Positions 12,226 through 25,708 are shown, counted from the whole stretch's first letter. The stretch: 59,790 nucleotides of DNA, filler included, from Sphacelaria rigidula (GCA_964200075.2; 9 parts of 9 records of this genome joined end to end with filler, not necessarily neighbours in it); one strand, 5' to 3'. The notes: generated by a model from the sequence alone, not told the origin. A program made the numbers and translations.

Positions 12226-13160
12226 TTAGACATCTTTGGGCATTGGCATGTTTGCAAGAGCTGAAACTTTGTCGAGAGTTGGGCTGCGGCCTCCTGGGGC
12301 AATGTAGTGCTCCGGAAATGTGATAGTCGTGGCGCCAATCTGTGATTCCGATGGAGAAAGCTTCAGATTTTGCTGCTTCAATCGGCCAAAAAATATCGCT
12401 AATTGCTCTGCGTGCCCCACGGGACTGAGATCCTGAACCACGGCATCGTCCCGATACATCTGACAATTGGGAAGCCCATCGGTGACGCGAAACATGACTC
12501 GTTGAAAAACCCCGGGCGCACCAGAGGCACCTTGTGGTGTCACTAGCCACTCATGCGGTCCAGACGGTGTGCAAAACGCCGTCATCTCAACGAGTTCGGG
12601 GTCCATCACCAGTTGGTGGTAACTCGACAGCATATCGAAAGTAGCGTCCAAGGGAGTCGATGATTTCATCTGTTCTGGGGAGCGGAAGGCGGGGAACGAT
12701 CGTCATCGCGTTCAAGCGTTGATGGTTGACAGTGAGGCGGATCTTGCCATTTTGTTTTCGAACAACAACCACGGGGGAGGCCCAGGGAGAGGTCGAATGA
12801 CGAATGATCCTCGCCGCTAAGTAGCTGTCTATGATTACTTGTACTTTATTAGCGAGCAGCGGGTTTGTGCGGTAAGGGCATGTGGCGATGGGGGTCGTTC
12901 CTTTGGGCATGTTGATTTTGAACGGAGCCGTCGTGCAGCAACCCAAATCAAGAGGTGAGGTGGAAAATCGCGTGGTACAGCGGATCAGAACATCTCGTAG
13001 TTTGCCGATGATCGCTGGAGTCCAACCCTCACCGTCGAGATTAGAGATGATACTGCGAACGTGCGGGGGAACGTCATTCCATAGTCAAAAGAAACTTTCC
13101 CGCTGCTCAGGCTGTAAGCGACCCAACCGTTTTCGGGGAATTTCCGGTTCCGCGTCTTCA
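12226..13160 (-). pseudogene. Second Ty3/Gypsy reverse transcriptase relic
   Basis: SPWASPVVVVRKQNGKIRLTVNHQRLN, LPLPRTDEII, TAFCTPSGPHEWLVTPQG, YRDD (YxDD site) and NLKLSPSES, with frameshifts and stops. Confidence 0.93.
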
Positions 13161-15425
13161 TCCGAGTCATCCTACGATAGGGAGGGGGGGTATTTGGTTG
13201 CACGAAAAACNNNNNNNNNNNNNNNNNNNNNNNNNNNNNNNNNNNNNNNNNNNNTTAATTAATTAANNNNNNNNNNNNNNNNNNNNNNNNNNNNNNNNNN
13301 NNNNNNNNNNTGTGGTGTGGGGTTGTTGGGGGGGGGGGGGGGGCGGGGTGGGGGGGGGGGTTGGTGGGGGGGGGGGCGTACTCATTTGTTGCTTGCCTTA
13401 GTCGTTTGACCATTGACCACGGATCTCTTTCGAGACGGAGCACCCAGCACCCGAATAAGGGGGGAGGGGTTGGAAAAATAGTATGACTAGAAAGGAGACT
13501 CTTTAGCGCTCAGGGGGGTGGGTATCCGGATTGCTTGAATCGGCATCGTGTGTTGACTTGATATTGTAGAAAAAATGCCAGACTATGCACGAGAAGTAGT
13601 AGTTAGCTGCTCACCTGTAGGCGTTCAAAAGGTTGTATCATACACTGCCGCAAAAAATGTTGACGAACCATGACTTTCTCGAATAAGCCGTACTGCTCTA
13701 ATTTCATCAACAGTCCTCCCGCTCCCCCCACGAGGCAGTGAAGTGTTTTGGATCATGACCCTGAACCGTTTCACCACTCTTACACTGTACTGGTACGGTG
13801 CAAATCACTTGGTGATAGTATTGCGGATCGGACTTGCGACGAGTGATTTTGACCGCGCTGTGGCAAGACACCGCACTTAGAGGACTGTACTGTGAGCGGA
13901 CCCCCACTGCATATATACACATTCATGCATGGAAATATATATATGTATATATATAAATATATACATGGCCATATGCCAACAACAATCTCCGATTCATGGC
14001 AAATGACGGATAGGTGGAATAACCTCGGAGCGTGCATTTGCGCCATCGCCCCGCCACCCCCCATTTCCGATCACCATTTTTTTTTGTCTTGCGAATTTTT
14101 CAGTCTGTTACAGGCTGGTTCAGGGTGAACTGCGAAAAATCACTCCTCAGGGATTTCTTACGCGGGTTTTCCGAGGCAAACCCCGAAATCTTGCACACGT
14201 GTGCAAATTCTGAACGAAGCTTTCGTTTTTTTTGCCGGATATCCGGGGTCCCAGGAGGCGGTGTGAGTGTTTTGTTTAGGAAGCGAGCACTTTACCCATT
14301 GAACCGAAAAAGGTGCGCGGAATCCCCGTAATTTCTTGAGTATAGAATGCTACCGACCGTTTTCTCGCGCGTTTGTTTAATTCAAGCTTGCATCGACCGT
14401 GTGGGATCACTCTTTCGAGTTACGCAGCGAAACTTGGTGCGGAAATTCCTCGGACAACCTCGGGGCGAGTCAAATGAAAATTTTCCATGTTGAGGTAATC
14501 TGTACCGACTCCGGGGGGTCTTCACGCTGAGACCTCCGGAAGCAGGCAGAAAGCGGATAAACTCTGATACGTTCTTCAGCGACGTTTTTTTTTTTAATTT
14601 GGAGCTCCCAAATGTCCACGAAACTTTCGAATTTGAGGACGATTGGAGCTTTTCCACGACAGGTACAAGGGAAGCCGTCAAGAGGCTTCCTGGGTCTTTG
14701 ATGCAAATTATCAGTCGAACTTCGACGACGTCAAAACCCCACATCATCCAAATACCACGTTTGGAGGTATACCTCGATCCCATACAAACCGTTTTCAAAT
14801 CATTATTATTGTATCACCATAGACTACCTAACTGATGGCAGTCACTAGGGTTCGATTCACGATGAGATTGAGTGCAAATTATGTCGGGAATATGCATTCT
14901 TCATTTCACGACAGTTTGAAGGTCCTTGATTGGTCGAGAAACATTTTCACTGTCAGCGCCACGGCAAAGGACGCAAAAAAAAAATCTGACCATGCCACAC
15001 AGTTCGCTTGCTCGTGGGGGTCACTAACATAATATGACACCAAATTTGTGTCTATAGGGTCAGTCTTTCGTTCTGTACTTCGTGGGAGAAATTTGTTTCG
15101 GCATTCACGACGAACCAGCCAGTATCGCCGAATTACTTCTGCCTTGAAAAAATATTTTTAGAGCATCAGGCTCGCAAACCACACATATCTTTTGTCTGTC
15201 TGCTTACCTACCTGCCCACCTCTCCTGCCTTGTACCCTGAGTGGACTAAACAGCAAGCAAATGAGCAAGCAAGCAAGCAAATGAGCAAGCAAGCAAGCAA
15301 GCAAGCCAGCCAGCGTGCAAGCATGCAAGCGAGCAAACACTCCACTCCAACAACACATACGCACAGCGCAAATACGCCACACCCGCATCACTACACAAGC
15401 ACACATTACGAATAGACTCACAAAG

Positions 15426-15472
<47 letters not shown>

Positions 15473-15474
<2 letters not shown>

Positions 15475-15760
15475 CCTCGTACAAGCCCCCAACAAGGCCG
15501 CAAACGTATCCTCGTCCACTTCGTAACCCCGACTGTTGCCGTTGCTCCCGGCGGTCGCGGAGCTCTCACCCTGAATCTTCTGGAAGACATCCAGCGCCGC
15601 GGCCAAGTTGCGCGCATCTCCGAAACCGCGGATGAGAACATTGTAGTGGTCAGAGGCGAGGTCGTGACCCGCCTCCTTCATCCTGGAGATGAGATTCGCG
15701 GCGCTCTGCAAACCATCCGGGTGGGATATGCAAGCGTCGACCGCGCACTCGAAGGAGGCC
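15473..15760 (-). CDS. PPR protein, internal exon C
   Basis: The phase-2 junction gives PPSR-ASFECAVDAC. HYNVLIRGFGDARNLAAALDVFQKI and DEDTFAALLGAC. The donor runs into a (GT)n tract. Confidence 0.88.
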
Positions 15761-15974
15761 CTGCGCGGTCGTTGGTTCACCCGCGTGGCATACAGGACAG
15801 AACGCGAACACAGAGAGAGAGCGAGAGAGAGAGAGAGAGGAGGCATGAGTATGCCGGCGCGCGTCGAGCGTAGCGTTTGGAACATGACACTACTTTGTAG
15901 CACGGTCGGTGCCTACTGTTGTATACGAGCTGGGCCGCCCAAGATACGTACAAGAATTTTGACACGCGAATCAT

Positions 15975-16579
15975 GGCTCAATTTTGAATGGTTTTCAATG
16001 AAATTTTGACACCATGTATAGGACACATGTGCGAAGACAAAACCTTCCCCCCATCCCCCTGATTTTTTCCTTCTTGGTGAGTTGTTGTCAATCTTGTTCC
16101 GAAAAAATGTTCGAAAATGTTTCGTCGACAATAACTCACGAAGAAAAACATATATGCAGGGGGGGGGGGGGGTTCGCACATACGTCCTGTACATCGTGTC
16201 AAAATTTTATCGAAAACGATTCAAAATTGAGCTCATGACTCACGTCATTCTGTCGACAACCGGTTCCCATAGTACAGTATGTGGTAATGACCCTGCCAAG
16301 AATACTTCAAACGCAATTATGCTGTTCAATTTTAAGTTGTTTTCGATCAGATTTTGACGCGATGTGCAGAACGTATGTGCGAAGACCCCTCATTCCCCCC
16401 CCCTTTTTTTCTTTTTCTCCGTGTGTTATTGGCAATTTTGTTCCGAAAAATGTTCTGAAATGTTCCGTCGCCAATAACTCACGAAGGAAAAAAAAAAGAG
16501 AGACGAACGAGGGGATATTGGCACATACGTCCTGTACATCGTGTCAAAATTTCATCGAAAACGACTCAAGATTGAGCTC
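15975..16579. mobile_element. Two neighbouring copies of a 255-260 bp foldback MITE in a PPR intron
   Basis: 15975-16234 and 16324-16579 are similar to each other, and each has inverted arms of about 60 bp. Confidence 0.75.
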
Positions 16580-17256
16580 GGGAATCGCGTCGTTCTCTCG
16601 AAATCGACTGGTCTTCCACTACTCTCGGTTCAAACGTCTCCACAAACTGCTCGTTGGTTCGCACACTACCACCAGACGCCTTGGCGCGCTGGGGGCCTCG
16701 TCTGCGTGCATTTTTAGAGACTGTGCGCGTAGTGCGACATGTGCTGTTGTATAATCGCAGCTTGTGCGACACCATGCGGCACAACCGAGTGTGATCGAGA
16801 ATCAAGTTTCAGTCGTATTTTCGGCTAATTCCACCGCATACAGTACCCTCAACTCTCTACATTTCAGCACTTGACTACAGTTTGGTATTTCGTTCTATGA
16901 GACCTTGTCGGATCGCAGTGCTATATGGATTTGAAGAAACGCGCTGATTAGCCGATTACCACGGTGTGTTATAGTAGGCACAACTCGTGATACATCGTCA
17001 GTTAGAACGGGCTGAAGGAAAGTGAGCTTCTTAGGCGGCCCACCTTATACGTGTATTTATATATATATATATATATATATATTCATTGTTATCGATTTAC
17101 TCGCACAAGGGAACCTTCCCGGGCTGGGCTGGGCCGGGCTACGCTGTGCAATTTTTTTGTTCCTGGTTTAACGGGCAGGAGCACCGTATGTAGTCCACCT
17201 TCCTGTTTTGAACTTTACCGTTACGGCTACGAGCAAACGGCACCACCACCACCACC

Positions 17257-17302
<46 letters not shown>

Positions 17303-17757
17303 TTTTTTCTGATCTTATTGAATGTCGCGCATTAACTGATCTGCTAGGAGTCATGATCCATTCGTGATCACAAGATTGACTCTCATAAGGTATACAAAAA
17401 CCGAAACAACTCGCAGAGCAAAAAAAAAAGGAAAAAACACAAAATACTTGAAAAAAAAAACATCAGTAGTAATAAATATAAAACAAAACAAGACAAAACA
17501 GAAAAATTGAACAACGTGAAGAACACGCTTCTGACGTCCCTATGGTTCCGGAGTCCCGGTTCCCTGGACAACACTCACGCGAGACTTACTTACTCCCCAC
17601 GACCAGCTCCCTCTCTCTGTATCACAGAACCATCAACCTACGACTATGTGTGCTCCACTGCACAGTCGCGAACACAGACTCCACCACTAGTAGTGAGTCT
17701 TTCCACAGGAGGGATAACAATCGTTGATATCGACCGTGATCAACATAATAACATCAC

Positions 17758-18085
17758 CTGGAAGGCGGTCGGAATCGTTCCGCAAGTTCCTCGAACACGC
17801 CGAGGGCACGCTGGATCCCGTTCCACCTCATCTCCTCCGCCTCCTCGCCCACACCCCCACGTCCTTCGGACGCAAACCCTCGAATCAGCGCCCGCAGGGC
17901 AGCCTCATTGGGATCGAGACCCCTCCCTTCCATCTCGGAGAGCAGAGACAACGCCTCGTCGTTTCTACCGCGCGAAACGCAGCACTCCATGGCCAACTGG
18001 TAGCATGCTGCGTCCGGTACGGCCGGCATGGTGCTATTGGACGGTCCCAGGCTGAGGGCTTCCTGGAGCAGAGGAGACCAGCTCC
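17758..18085 (-). CDS. PPR protein, internal exon B
   Basis: CTAAC branch motif with CAG acceptor, phase-matched to exon A. PDAACYQLAMECCVSRGRNDEALSLLSEMEGRGLDPNEAALRALIRGFA. Confidence 0.88.
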
Positions 18086-19102
18086 CTGCGTTGTGTTTAC
18101 ATCGGGTTAGCCCGGAATTCCCAAGAGAGGATGCAATTGTCGCAGGGGGTGAGGGAGAGGAAGGGGGGGGGGGGGGGGGGGGGAGGGGTGAGCTTGCCTG
18201 CCGTGGGAGAAAGAAAACACACCCCCAAACNNNNNNNNNNGGGAGGGGGGGCGGGGGGGGGGGGGGGGGGGCGGGTACTGATGATCTTGCATGCCGTAGT
18301 CAAATGACATCAACCTCACATACCTACAAGGCCGGGAGGGAGCACGTGAGGTTTTCGCCGGATCAAGCTCGCAAATTAATCACCAATCGCAAAGCGTCGT
18401 GATGCGTTCGGCGAGTCGCATGAAGGGTGAGCTCCACCCTGCTAAAATTCATGTCCGGCCCGAAGAGTGCTGCCTTGTCTTGCATTTAGATTACAGTCTC
18501 CGATGAGTTGCTTCATTTTCTGGTCTATCGCCACGTCCAAAGACAGCCACAGGTTACACACTGCCCCACGGCTGTCTCCCCAGTCAAACACTACATAGTA
18601 TGATGATTCCTTTTACGCGGAGTTGAGGTTTCTCCCACCCTGTACAACACGATCTAGCTCGACCACCATCATGCTTACCGCAAAGAAAAACGCAAGCGCG
18701 CGAAAAAAAATGGTATCCTGGTTGCCTAGCTTACGCAGTGAGTGAGTGGTGTGTTTTACAGCGTCGTTGCTAACCGACGCCAACCCCATGGGGGGAAGGA
18801 AACTTTCTCTATACATAATGCTTTCGAACTACTGTTCTCAGCCCGAACGGCGTACGAACCTGTATACAGGTAAGAATCTTACAAGATCAAAGTTTGGAAC
18901 GAGACAAATAGGATTGGGGTACAGACAGATTACGGCTATTTTCGTTTGAGAACCCAAGAGCAAAGAAGCCGATAGTTGTATAGCCACTGTTGGGCCCGAC
19001 ACTCTTATTCGTATTCGAAAGCTTCTAGCTGTCCAAGATACAACCTCACTTCATACACACATACGAAAAACGACACACGGGACGCAACAAAACAAAAGAG
19101 AC

Positions 19103-19432
19103 CTGGCACAGCAGCCTTCTTCCCCTCCTCAGCCTTCCTCGCCGCCTCGTCCTTCCACATCATCCCCAACACCCTCTTCGAAGCCTGCCAGTCCCCAAGT
19201 CCAAACTCCTGACCTCCCACACCATCACCATTACCTGCACCGGCGCTGGCAGCATCGGTGGCAAGGGTAGCAGACGTGGGTGCCCTGGAGCATGCCCGAA
19301 GGGCCGCAAGATACGATCGATACGACGGGCGGGGACAAACGCCTCCTATACTACCCCGAGCGCCGCGCATCATCTCTAATGTCTGCAGAGCGCCGTCGGT
19401 ATCTCCGCGTTCCGCGCAGGCTTCGATCACGC
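19103..19432 (-). CDS. Pentatricopeptide-repeat protein, internal exon A
   Basis: TAG acceptor and GT donor, phase 1-1. IEACAERGDTDGALQTLEMM and PSYRSYLAALRAC are PPR-like. Confidence 0.85.
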
Positions 19433-21590
19433 CTACGGGGTGGGAACACGGGCGGCGAGGGTGAAGCGAATTAAAAAGTTGAACAAAATATCATCCCCCA
19501 GGTCATACATGTATCCGTATGTCACTTGCCGTGGTTCATGCTCAGGCGCCCGATAATTTCTCAGATCCTTGGATAATGACGCGGCAACAGCAAGCGGTGA
19601 TAGAGTGTACCGTCAGGTATCCAATCACATTTTAGATTCTATGTCATATGTGGTGCCATTGCAAGCCCAGGCGTCCAATGATCTCGTGGACTATAGTTGA
19701 GTTATGGCCGACAACAACAGTCTTTTTTCAAAAATGGAGGCGAGGTGGGGTGGGGAAGGGGCTGGGGGGGGTGGGGGGGGGGGGCGTACTCATTTGTTGC
19801 TTGCCTTAGTCATTTGACCATTGACCACGCATCCCTTTCGAGACGGGGCACTGGTGGGGGGGGGGNNNNNNNNNNNNNNNNNNNNNNNNNNNNNNNNNNN
19901 NNNNNNNNNTTAATTAATTAANNNNNNNNNNNNNNNNNNNNNNNNNNNNNNNNNNNNNNNNNNNNCATTCTTCCGGTCCTTGAACCGTTACACTCTTTAA
20001 TGCGATACCCCTCTCCCCCCCCCCCTTTAAAAACGTGTTTTTTCGCTTGCGTTCCCTATTATCTTCTATCTTTACATTAGCTCAACTCCGTGCGCTACAA
20101 GTCGCGACTAACGGAGAGTCCACTGACTTTTTCAGCGACATCCATTAACGCCTGTATACTATTGACAACGTGATTAAATTTGAGATACAAGAAAGGGAGA
20201 CGGAGGTAGAGTAGAAAGCGTGGGAACGGGATAGTGAGAACCTGCAAAAAAATAAACACCAGTCATATTTCTGATTATCTATCTTCGTAGGGAAAAGATA
20301 TCTGAAAGCTCAAAAAACATTAGTCATTTTGATGGCCAATGTTTACAAGCAGAGAATATACCAAAACCGATGTGGCCCCGAATACCAGAAGGAGGAAACA
20401 TCCATGTACAGGGATGCCATGAGCCGTGTCAAACCTTTGAATGTCTTGAACCAGGTGCGTGTGTTTATGATCAAATCCTTTTATAAACGGTTGTGTATTT
20501 CCTAACCATTCTCGAGGTAGGCCTGGACTTCTTCTAATGGTTGATGGAAATTTGACTGTCCTGTTCGATTTGTAGGTTGTCTCATATATGGACTGATTCG
20601 GCATGATGAATCCGACCGAGGTTATAAACACAAACAAACAGATGCACCCAAGCTATGAAAACAACCCGGCAAGACTCGCTGGAAAAACTAAACACATGTG
20701 AGAGACGGATAAAAGCAAGAACATTAGTGCCGACATAAAACTTTGGATGCGCCTCGTAATTCCTGCGGAATGTACCACAAGAATGATAGATGCACCGCAG
20801 GTATGAAAAAAATCCGGCAAGACTAGGCTTTTACTCATTATGCTAAGCACGTGTTCTGTGTGCATGTGACCCATTATCATTATCAAGATGAACGATTTTT
20901 TCAGAACTCGTGCTAGCATAATCAGCAGAAGCCAAGGCAAAAGTCGCTGAGAAAAAAACTCATTTGTACAGAAGGATGAACAACAGGAATGAAAAGCAAA
21001 ATAAATATCTGGATGTGCCCCGAAAGAATCCCGCAAAGGGGTCGTTAATCTTCGGTTTAAATTGATAGATAGATAGATAGATTGATTGATTGATTGATTG
21101 ATTGTCGTACATCACCTGATCGAATCAAGGCAAAATACGTTTTGAATATGCGTGAGCGTACAAAAGTCATCAACGGAATAAGCCTCTCGCGAGGAGCTAG
21201 ACATTATTTCGGAGGGGGAAGGGAGGGGGTTAACATGACAGCGTGAGGGACCTGAACTTTCAGGGCATGGATAAAAATCATAACTGATTCTTATGAAGAC
21301 ATGAAAACCTGAACTGCAAATAGCATATGACCTCAACAGACGAACATACAGACTTGCACACAAAACGATTGCAATTGACAAAAAAAATCACAGGTACAAG
21401 ATCATCTGAAAAAAAAAACTAAACTTCTTCTACGATGATTTATTTGCGGAGAATGATCTAGATAATGACTAGCTTGCTGGCAGATGAACTATCATGATGG
21501 ACGAATTATACACGTACTTGGTTTTGGTCACCATGTTGGGTACATACGTCCCCTTGAGCGTAATGACAAAGGTTGGGTTCCCTCCCGGTA

Positions 21591-21696
21591 GGCTTTTACT
21601 TATTATGCTGGCACGGTTTTACCAAATAGCGACCCAACATTATTTTCAAGATAAACGAATTCTTCAAAAACCGTGCTAGCATAATAAGTAAAAGCC
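21591..21696. mobile_element. Small hairpin MITE flanked by TA
   Basis: GGCTTTTACTTATTATGCTGGCACGGTTTT ... AAAACCGTGCTAGCATAATAAGTAAAAGCC. A diverged copy lies at about 20826-20930. Confidence 0.7.
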
Positions 21697-21743
21697 TAGT
21701 CCCCGGGGGATCAGCAAAGGTGAGACAACCAATCGAATCAATC

Positions 21744-21991
21744 ACGGTTCGGACGAATCATCGCCGGTTCGAATCACCAACTCCACGATTTTTCAGGCCT
21801 GATTGCTCGAGAGAAAAAAGTTGACCGGTGGTCAAAAAGGTCTCCACGCAATTTTTTCGCGATACCACGTTCCTGGGCTGCGCGTACCTAGGCTGCAACG
21901 CTGAAAACAAAGCCCAAGGATTGATTCGCACGGTACGAATCAATTACACTAAAATCAAGTAATTTCCAGACGAACCATCAACTCGTCCGAC
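21744..21991. repeat. Dispersed repeat of about 240 bp (copies at 24441-24680 and, inverted, about 48600-48750)
   Basis: Direct sequence similarity between copies, with short GTTCGGACGA / TCGTCCGAC inverted ends. Confidence 0.75.
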
Positions 21992-22032
21992 CCTTGCAAT
22001 CAATATATCGGACAATGGTGTGGGATCATGAC

Positions 22033-22190
22033 CTGGTGATGAGCTGTTCGTGCTCTTCCAATTCCTCCTCGCGCGCCCTGAGCTGCTCCAAAGCCTCCAC
22101 GAGCTGCGCGGTGACCGCCTTCACATCCTCTGTCCACTCCTCCGGCGGTAGGTTCAGCCGTCTCAACTGCCATCGGAGGGCCTCTCGTCC
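22033..22190 (-). CDS. Coiled-coil protein (CEP290-like), last visible exon
   Basis: GREALRWQLRRLNLPPEEWTEDVKAVTAQLVEALEQLRAREEELEEHEQLITR, AG/GT bounded. The resemblance to CEP290 is from recall, not from a search. Confidence 0.75.
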
Positions 22191-22229
22191 CTACCCAAAA
22201 GCATCAAAACCGACGTATCGTTTAGATCA

Positions 22230-22231
22230 AC

Positions 22232-22264
<33 letters not shown>

Positions 22265-22356
22265 GCAACAACAACAACAGCAACAACAACAACAACAACA
22301 ACAACGCCAACAACAACAACAACAACAACAGCAACAACAACAACAACAACAACGCC

Positions 22357-22405
<49 letters not shown>

Positions 22406-22431
22406 GCAGCAGCAGCAGCAGCAGCAGCAGT

Positions 22432-22504
<73 letters not shown>

Positions 22505-22549
22505 ACAACAACAACAACAACGCCAAGCAGCAGCAGCAGCAGCAACCTT

Positions 22550-22645
<96 letters not shown>
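22230..22645. repeat. Compound (CAA/CAG)n microsatellite, intronic
   Basis: About 415 bp of CAA, CAG and CAACAG blocks next to the 22190 acceptor. Confidence 0.97.
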
Positions 22646-22646
<1 letters not shown>

Positions 22647-23043
22647 TGGAAAAGTGACGATTTACAATCAACGTTTTCTTGGGCGAAAAATGGTTCTGTT
22701 TCCGCAACTGATCATGATGTAGCCCAATCTAAGTTCAAGTATACTGATGTGACAGATTGATTCGTACTCCAAACTCGAAGTAACATTTTTCACGGTGACG
22801 AAAGCTCACATATGGGAATTTGTAAATCGTCACTTTTCCATCAACGGCTCCAAAAGGGTTAATACGTAGAGGGTTTACCTCATATTTTCATAATCCATAC
22901 AACTCACGCTTCGTGTTCATCATCCTCCTCTTTTCTTGGCCTCGCGCACCGCTACCCCGCCCCTCCCGCCCCTCCCCTCCCCCTTCACTAAGCATCATCA
23001 ACACCGCCAATACCCTAAGCACAGCGTGAGTGTATACAAATAC

Positions 23044-23168
23044 CTCGGCAGTTTGGGGCGTTATTGGAGGCGGGGAAACGTGGTTGAATGGTGGTTCGCT
23101 CCCGGTGGCCGGGGCGGGGACGTCTGCGCTGTGCCCCCCCCCTGCTCCTGCGCCGGCGTCCTTGAGCC
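23044..23168 (-). CDS. Coiled-coil protein (CEP290-like), Pro-rich exon
   Basis: CAG acceptor in phase 1. It ends PPPITPQTAE at a phase-0 GT donor matching the next exon. Confidence 0.65.
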
Positions 23169-23718
23169 CTGGCATATATCGCGTATGGGTTCAAAATGAA
23201 AAACCAGAGAAATAGCTCGATTAAAGTCGTCGTGTTGCTTGAGTGCCGATCAAGTCCTACAAATAAAACGCAAGGCACAGACTGTCCTTGGGAATCCTTT
23301 TAACTACCGACGCATCCCGGGCAAGGAGGGGGGGCGGGGGAGGGGAGGGGGGGGGTACTCATGATCTTCCATACGTGCATGTCGTAGTCACATGGCCATT
23401 GACTTCGCATTCCTACAAAGGGGGGCCAAGATTCCAGCAAAACTATATACATAATTAGAAGAGCAGTACACCGAGGGAAATATGGGATTATTTGATCCTT
23501 CAAGACTGACTACGAGGTCGTCCAGAGGCAGGGCGAGGGGTTGGGCAGTACTCTCGTAACTATCCCTTATCCTGTATAACCATCCCTTAGCCTCTCAACG
23601 GAGGGAGCGTGGCGGCGGGGGGTTAATTATGACAGCAGAATAAAACGGGAAAAAGAAAAACCGAAGGCCAAGTTGTGAGCAAACTCGAATAAGGGAAAAA
23701 ACAACCCACCAGATTCAC

Positions 23719-24399
23719 CAACGTCGGCACCACGATCAGCACTTGGACCGGGACCGAGTCCAGCAATAGAAACAGGAACCGGACGAGAACCAGAGCCAGA
23801 ACCAGAACTAGAACCATCACGAGCAGACGCACAGGTACCGATGAGGGCGTTTTCGTCCGTGTCAGGCGGGGCCGTCACGTGGTCCCCCGCTGTGGCAGGA
23901 AGCGAGGTACGCTTGGCCAGTCCGCCGGCCACAACCAACTGTCGGAGGCTACCCATCTGGTCAGCATGCATGCAGGAGGGGATATCGGACGGGACATGCT
24001 CAGCATACGGGTTGTGCTCGGCATGCGGGGTGTACTCGGCATACGAGACGTACTCCGCACTCGAGGCGTACTCAGCGTACGCAGCGCACGAGGCGTACTC
24101 AGCATACGAGGCGTACTCAGCATACAAGACGTACTCAGCATGCGAGGCGTACTCAGCATGCGAGGCGTACCCAGCATACGAGGCGTACTCAGCATGCGAG
24201 GCGTACTCAGCATACGAGGCGTACTTAGCATGCGAGGCGTACTCAGCATACGAGGCGTACTCAGCATACAAGCCGTATTCAGCACACGAGGCAAGTGTTT
24301 TGATTCGTCCCGGCCTCGTAGCTGCTGCCGAAACATTGACCACCCTCTCTCCCGAGATTACGGACGATTGTGCCCGGAAAGAACGGGTCGTCAAAACAT
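23719..24399 (-). CDS. Candidate 681-bp phase 1-1 exon containing an 18-bp minisatellite
   Basis: CTGAC..CAG acceptor, GTGAAT donor and an open frame encoding (AEYASY/H)n. Its phase fits both neighbours. Confidence 0.55.
23998..24291. repeat. 18-bp minisatellite, about 16 units (GCATACGAGGCGTACTCA)
   Basis: Tandem units are directly visible and degrade toward both edges. Confidence 0.95.
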
Positions 24400-25181
24400 C
24401 TGACAGTCAGGAAGGGGACACACGCACTCTCTCTATCTCGCACGGTTCGGACGACTCTACGCCGGTTCGAATCACCAAATCCACGATGTTTTCAGTCCTG
24501 ATTGCTCAAGAACGAGAAAAAAAAGTCAACGGCTGGTCAAAGAGGTCTTCACGCACTCTTTGCGCCATTCCACGTGCCTGGGCTGCGCGTACCTGGGTTC
24601 AAACGCTGAAAACGAAGCCTAAGGATTGATTCGTACGGTACGATTCAATAACACCAAAACGAATCATTACTTCGTCCGACGCTTGCTTATCTCGTGATAG
24701 CGACGGGATTCAGGGTTCAGGGGGGAAAAACTAGACCGGCGACCGACAATCGACTAAGCGACACGCACTCAATCCTGCGATCACGGCCGGGTTCGAGCGG
24801 ATTAGTCTAGCACAATTTCAGACGATGGATAAAAAAACTGACAGACACGCACACGCACACGCACACACACATGTGCGCACTCAAAATTCTGTGATCACGT
24901 CTGTGGACACCGGATAAATCAAATACCCAACCGACTGACACACGCACTCCATCTTGTCACCACTCTCTGTGTTCACAGAAAAAACAATTCAAACATCAGG
25001 CAAGTCAGTCACTCGACCAACCGCTCGACACACAGACGCAAACACACTTCACGTTGTGACCACGGCTGGATCATTCGTAGCGCACCACTTCAGGTACGAC
25101 AATAAATCCGCCAATCAACCGACCAATCAAACAGATAGTCGACAAGCTGATATACACACACATACACACACACTCACACAC

Positions 25182-25380
25182 CTACCTCCGCAATCAAACG
25201 CTGCATGTCCGCCTGCGCGGTTGCCACCTCCGCTCCCCACGACGCCCGGGGCGCCGCCGCTCGACCAGACGTGGGATTGTTGGCGCTGCCACCTACAGCA
25301 GCGCGTGTGGCCATGACTTCGTGCAGCTGGCGCATGAGCGTTTCGGTGACCCGCGAGAGCTGCTCCACCCTTTCGTCCGC
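25182..25380 (-). CDS. Coiled-coil protein (CEP290-like), second visible exon
   Basis: TAG acceptor, ADERVEQLSRVTETLMRQLHEVM...QADMQRLIAEV. The donor after 25182 gives phase 1. An alternative phase-0 donor follows 25186. Confidence 0.75.
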
Positions 25381-25708
25381 CTACGTTTAAACAAAGACAG
25401 TGAGAAACCGATTAAATGAAAACTAAAGTAGGTGTCAGTATTTTCTCTCAAAATACCCCAACAACAGTTGGAGAGCGATTATTGACGATAGGCTCAACTA
25501 TTGACCCGTAGAGAAAGGGGCGGCCGGACCCTTCTCGCCACAAAAATGACGGCAGCCACCGCAGAAGGGAAGTGGAGAGGCAGAAACAAAACAAAACAAA
25601 AGACTCCCGGTGTGTGCCCACATACACCGGAAGATGTAGACCGGCGTCCAGACTAAAATGGGACGAAAACACGCACAACGCAGATCCACTTGAACACGCT
25701 CAACGCAC

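Noticed and set aside
69..13160. The two Gypsy RT pieces as one element
   Set aside because: They are on different contigs and cover the same RT region with divergent sequence.
13376..13438. Hammerhead ribozyme in the poly(C) repeat (CGAAA and ATGAG present)
   Set aside because: There is no CTGANGA core and the motifs are not arranged around a stem II.
21994..22707. Poly-N, poly-L and poly-V ORFs
   Set aside because: They are translations of an intronic microsatellite.
23998..24291. CRISPR-like array
   Set aside because: The 18-bp units are directly tandem with no unique spacers. There are no cas genes and the context is eukaryotic.
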